Position numbers and translations under genes: made by a program | Shown here: in pieces, positions 14,557 to 16,671 of the stretch | Layout: the number at the start of each line of letters is the position of its first letter | How positions within the stretch are numbered: the stretch's first letter is position 1 | Notes under the pieces: generated by a model | The model's database searches: none | What the model was told of the DNA's origin: nothing | What the model saw: the letters and a program-made list of their open reading frames with translations, nothing else | DNA from: a virus | IMG/VR virus record: IMGVR_UViG_3300045988_068193 | Direction: 5' to 3' (one strand) | Length of the DNA stretch: 16,671 nt

Positions 14557-15354
14557 ATGAGCGACATCATCTGGAAAGGAAGCCCGAACCACTACGTGGG
14601 ACGCAACGGCTACGGCGTCACCCACATCACTTTGCACATCATGGTCGGATACCTAGCCGGCACCGATGCCACGTTCGCCAACCAGTCAAGCCGCGCCTCG
14701 GCCCACTACGGCATCGGCGCGACCGGAGAGATCCACCAATACGTGTCGGAACTCGACGGCAGTTATTCCGACGCGAACTACGCGTCTAACAATTCGACCA
14801 TCAGCATCGAGCATGAGGGAGGAATGTCCAACGGCGCGGTCTGCACCCAGGCGTGCATCGACGCAAGCGCGCGCCTCTGCGCCGACATCGCGCTCAGGTA
14901 CGGGTGGACGAAACTGTGGCACGACGGGCTGAAAGGCAACGTATGGCTACACCGGGAGATCCCAGGCACAGACCACCTCGCCTGCCCCGACCTCGCACCC
15001 AACGGCCTGCCATACAAGCAGATCATCGACAAAGCAAATCAGATACTCGAAGGAGGCTCCATGTCAAACGCAGGAGACGAAGTATGGAACTGGGCCTACA
15101 AGCCCAACGGGAAGAACGCCACACCGGGCGGCAACATGTACAACCTGCTCGCCTACGAGCTGCCGCAGCGTGTCCGTGACAGCATCATGCAATACAGCTA
15201 CAAGGGCTCAGCACCGGGCGGCAACATCTACAACACAATCTGCTTCGAGATCCCAGGAATGCTGAAACAGCTCACCAAAACCATCGAGACGCAGCAGCAG
15301 CAGATCAGCGAACTGTCCGAAAAAATCAGCAAGCTGGAAGGGACCACGAAATGA
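14557..15354 (+). CDS. Endolysin: N-acetylmuramoyl-L-alanine amidase (Amidase_2/PGRP type) with a C-terminal repeat module
   Basis: The product contains HITLHIMVG.....F......ASAHYGI...GEIHQYV......SDANY..NN.TISIEHEGG ... WLHREIPGTDHLACP, typical of zinc-amidase endolysins. Confidence 0.85.
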   Translation: MSDIIWKGSPNHYVGRNGYGVTHITLHIMVGYLAGTDATFANQSSRASAHYGIGATGEIHQYVSELDGSYSDANYASNNSTISIEHEGGMSNGAVCTQACIDASARLCADIALRYGWTKLWHDGLKGNVWLHREIPGTDHLACPDLAPNGLPYKQIIDKANQILEGGSMSNAGDEVWNWAYKPNGKNATPGGNMYNLLAYELPQRVRDSIMQYSYKGSAPGGNIYNTICFEIPGMLKQLTKTIETQQQQISELSEKISKLEGTTK

Positions 15355-15701
15355 CCGACACGACGGAAAACCGACTACCGACGGCCAACACAACGGAATA
15401 TGACGCAATGCCAGTCTCGGCGCAGATCATGGCCGCCACCGATGACGACGCCGAGGCATCGACGCCGAGAATCGACGGCGGCACAATATCCAGATTCCTC
15501 GTGCTGCTCCTTGCGCTTGTCAACCAGGCACTGACCATGTTCGGCCATCCGGTGCTCAACATCGATGACACGACCATCACGCAGCTCGTGAGCCTCGCAT
15601 GGACAGCCGGCAGCGCCATCTGGTGCTACTGGAAGGACAACGACGTGACCACGAAGGCTCGCGTCAAAAAGGCGAGGCTATCGGCACGTCACGCGGCCTA
15701 A
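15351..15701 (+). CDS. Holin (Phage_holin_1 / phi-LC3-like)
   Basis: 116 aa with the pattern ISRFLVLLLALVNQALTMFG......TITQLVSLAWTAGSAIWCYWKDNDVTTKA, resembling phi-LC3-family holins. It is ATGA-coupled to the endolysin. Confidence 0.65.
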   Translation: MTDTTENRLPTANTTEYDAMPVSAQIMAATDDDAEASTPRIDGGTISRFLVLLLALVNQALTMFGHPVLNIDDTTITQLVSLAWTAGSAIWCYWKDNDVTTKARVKKARLSARHAA

Positions 15702-16525
15702 ATAAGACGGACGGCCGCCATGGCTTCTCTCAGACGGCCGTCCGGCATCGCCACGTAATGCTCCGTGGTCTCAACCGATTCATGGCCGAGCAGTTCCGCG
15801 ACCACGAACAGGTCGTGTGTGGCGGCGTATGCCGTGGTGGCAAAACGGTGCCGCAACGTGTGCGCGGCGTACCCGTCCGGCAGCAGGCGGCTGATGTGGT
15901 CCCCGATATAGGACTCCTCGACGTGGCCGCCGAACCGGCCAGGGAACAGGTAGCCCCGCGCGTCCATGATGATGCCGGCCAGATCGTCCGGCAACGGCAC
16001 TATGCGCTGCTTGTCGCCTTTGCCGCGCACGATCAATGACCGGCCGGCGCTGTCTGCCACCACGTCATCGCTGTGAACCCGCGCAATCTCGCCACGCCGC
16101 AGTCCGCACTCCGCGCCCAGCCGGATCATGAGTCTTTCCGACGTCGTGGCCATCTTCATCGCCGCAGCGATGTAACGGTCCGGGCATGGTCTGGGATGCG
16201 CGTGCGGCTTCTTCACCCTTGGCACGTCCAGACTCGGATCATCCGACCGTCTGCCGCTTTTATGCAGCCATCGGAAGAACGACGATATGGTGTTCCTGTA
16301 CGCTTTGCGCGTCTCGGGTTTCCATTGCTGCCGTGCGAACGCCTGCACGATCTGCTCCGTGGTCACGTCTTCGGGACCTGATGGCATGAGCAATGTCGCG
16401 AGATGCACCATCTTGTATCGACGGCTTTTGATTGTCTGTGCTGATAGGCCGGCCGCCCTAAGGGTGTCAGTCCACCCGTTGATGCTTTTGCGCCATGGGA
16501 CCGGTGCGCTGATCTTGTTTCTCAT
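15698..16525 (-). CDS. int: Tyrosine recombinase / phage integrase
   Basis: The 275-aa product has an N-terminal SAM-like core-binding domain. Catalytic signatures are LRRGEIARV (Arg), HTLRHRFAT (H-x-x-R) and LLGHESVETTEHY (His...Tyr). It is adjacent to attR. Confidence 0.9.
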   Translation of the reverse strand: MRNKISAPVPWRKSINGWTDTLRAAGLSAQTIKSRRYKMVHLATLLMPSGPEDVTTEQIVQAFARQQWKPETRKAYRNTISSFFRWLHKSGRRSDDPSLDVPRVKKPHAHPRPCPDRYIAAAMKMATTSERLMIRLGAECGLRRGEIARVHSDDVVADSAGRSLIVRGKGDKQRIVPLPDDLAGIIMDARGYLFPGRFGGHVEESYIGDHISRLLPDGYAAHTLRHRFATTAYAATHDLFVVAELLGHESVETTEHYVAMPDGRLREAMAAVRLI

Positions 16526-16560
16526 GATTCATCATGCACCCCTAGCTTTAAGCGACTAAA

Positions 16561-16580
16561 CTGAGCTTGGATAAGCTCAG
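16561..16580. repeat. Perfect 8-bp stem / 4-nt loop hairpin between int and attR
   Basis: CTGAGCTT-GGAT-AAGCTCAG, read directly. Confidence 0.7.
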
Positions 16581-16586
16581 AAGCCC

Positions 16587-16643
16587 CATGGATTTGAACC
16601 TTGGACCTCTGGTGTCCCCAGAGGTCCATGGTTCAAATCCATG
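16587..16643. repeat. 57-nt palindrome: a phage-side inverted copy of the att core / tRNA T-arm facing attR
   Basis: 16587..16612 pairs with 16618..16643 at 25 of 26 positions (the single mismatch is 16601/16629). The spacer is 5 nt, TGTCC. Confidence 0.85.
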
Positions 16644-16671
16644 CCCCGCTACCACTTGACCGTCGTTCCCA
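16617..16671 (+). repeat. attR: direct repeat identical to 1..55, carrying a displaced tRNA 3' fragment
   Basis: It is identical to 1..55. The sequence upstream lacks the AGCGGGG-type 5' acceptor strand, so this copy is not a full tRNA gene. Confidence 0.9.

Larger units (their letters stand above)
1..16671. mobile_element. Integrated small temperate siphovirus-type prophage (HK97-like head module), bounded by attL/attR
   Basis: The window ends carry identical 55-nt direct repeats. Between them lie an integrase, an Xis-like gene, a cI/cro-like pair, HNH-TerS-TerL-portal-protease/capsid-tail-lysis genes in canonical order. ORFs are tightly coupled, with many ATGA/TAATG overlaps. Confidence 0.85.

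Noticed and set aside
15698-16525. ssrA-like degradation tag on the integrase C-terminus, as in mycobacteriophage integration-dependent immunity
   Set aside because: The integrase ends in ...AMAAVRLI, which does not resemble an LAA/LVA-type degron. I make no claim for the integrase.
16583-16612. Possible tRNA gene or pseudogene on the minus strand
   Set aside because: Only a T-arm-like segment with a stem mismatch is present. There is no matching acceptor stem, D-arm or anticodon arm. It is better explained as the inverted arm of the attP/attR palindrome.
1-16671. Known multi-gene defence systems (restriction-modification, CBASS, retron, toxin-antitoxin pairs, Abi enzymes)
   Set aside because: No ORF has a recognisable nuclease/ATPase/cyclase/RT signature apart from the packaging HNH and TerL. 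The only candidate accessory gene is the orphan at 745..1356.

Overview
The window is a complete, very small (~16.6 kb) integrated temperate siphovirus-type prophage in a high-GC, probably actinobacterial host. A Bifidobacterium-like host is a low-confidence guess. The element is bounded by an identical 55-nt direct repeat (1..55 = 16617..16671) that contains the 3' part of a tRNA gene. The visible part looks like tRNA-Met, but the anticodon lies outside the window.

Gene order, left to right:
- attL with the tRNA 3' end and its terminator.
- An AT-rich cI-like XRE repressor on the minus strand. It is missing from the ORF track because it runs off the left edge without a stop codon.
- A divergent cro-like XRE gene.
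- A reverse-oriented, membrane-anchored orphan gene.
- Three small early ORFs.
- A ~440-bp ORF-free, GC-rich, hairpin-dense spacer ending in three tandem DnaA-box 9-mers.
- A 113-aa basic protein, an Xis/AlpA-like HTH protein and an HNH endonuclease.
- TerS, TerL, an HK97-type portal and a prohead protease-major capsid fusion.
- Connector proteins, major tail protein, and a G/GT chaperone pair with a canonical GGGAAAC -1 slippery site.
- Tape measure protein and two minor tail / receptor-binding proteins.
- A lysis cassette: membrane protein, amidase endolysin, holin.
- A tyrosine integrase on the minus strand, then attR.

No polymerase, primase, helicase or initiator gene is recognisable.

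The most interesting observation is that the att core lies inside the repressor ORF. In the circularised genome the repressor would gain a 23-aa tail ending in -LVA (ssrA-degron-like) and would stop 22 nt upstream of int. This is the layout of integration-dependent immunity known from some mycobacteriophages.

All product calls rest on by-eye motif recognition, gene order and translational-coupling signals. No database search was possible.
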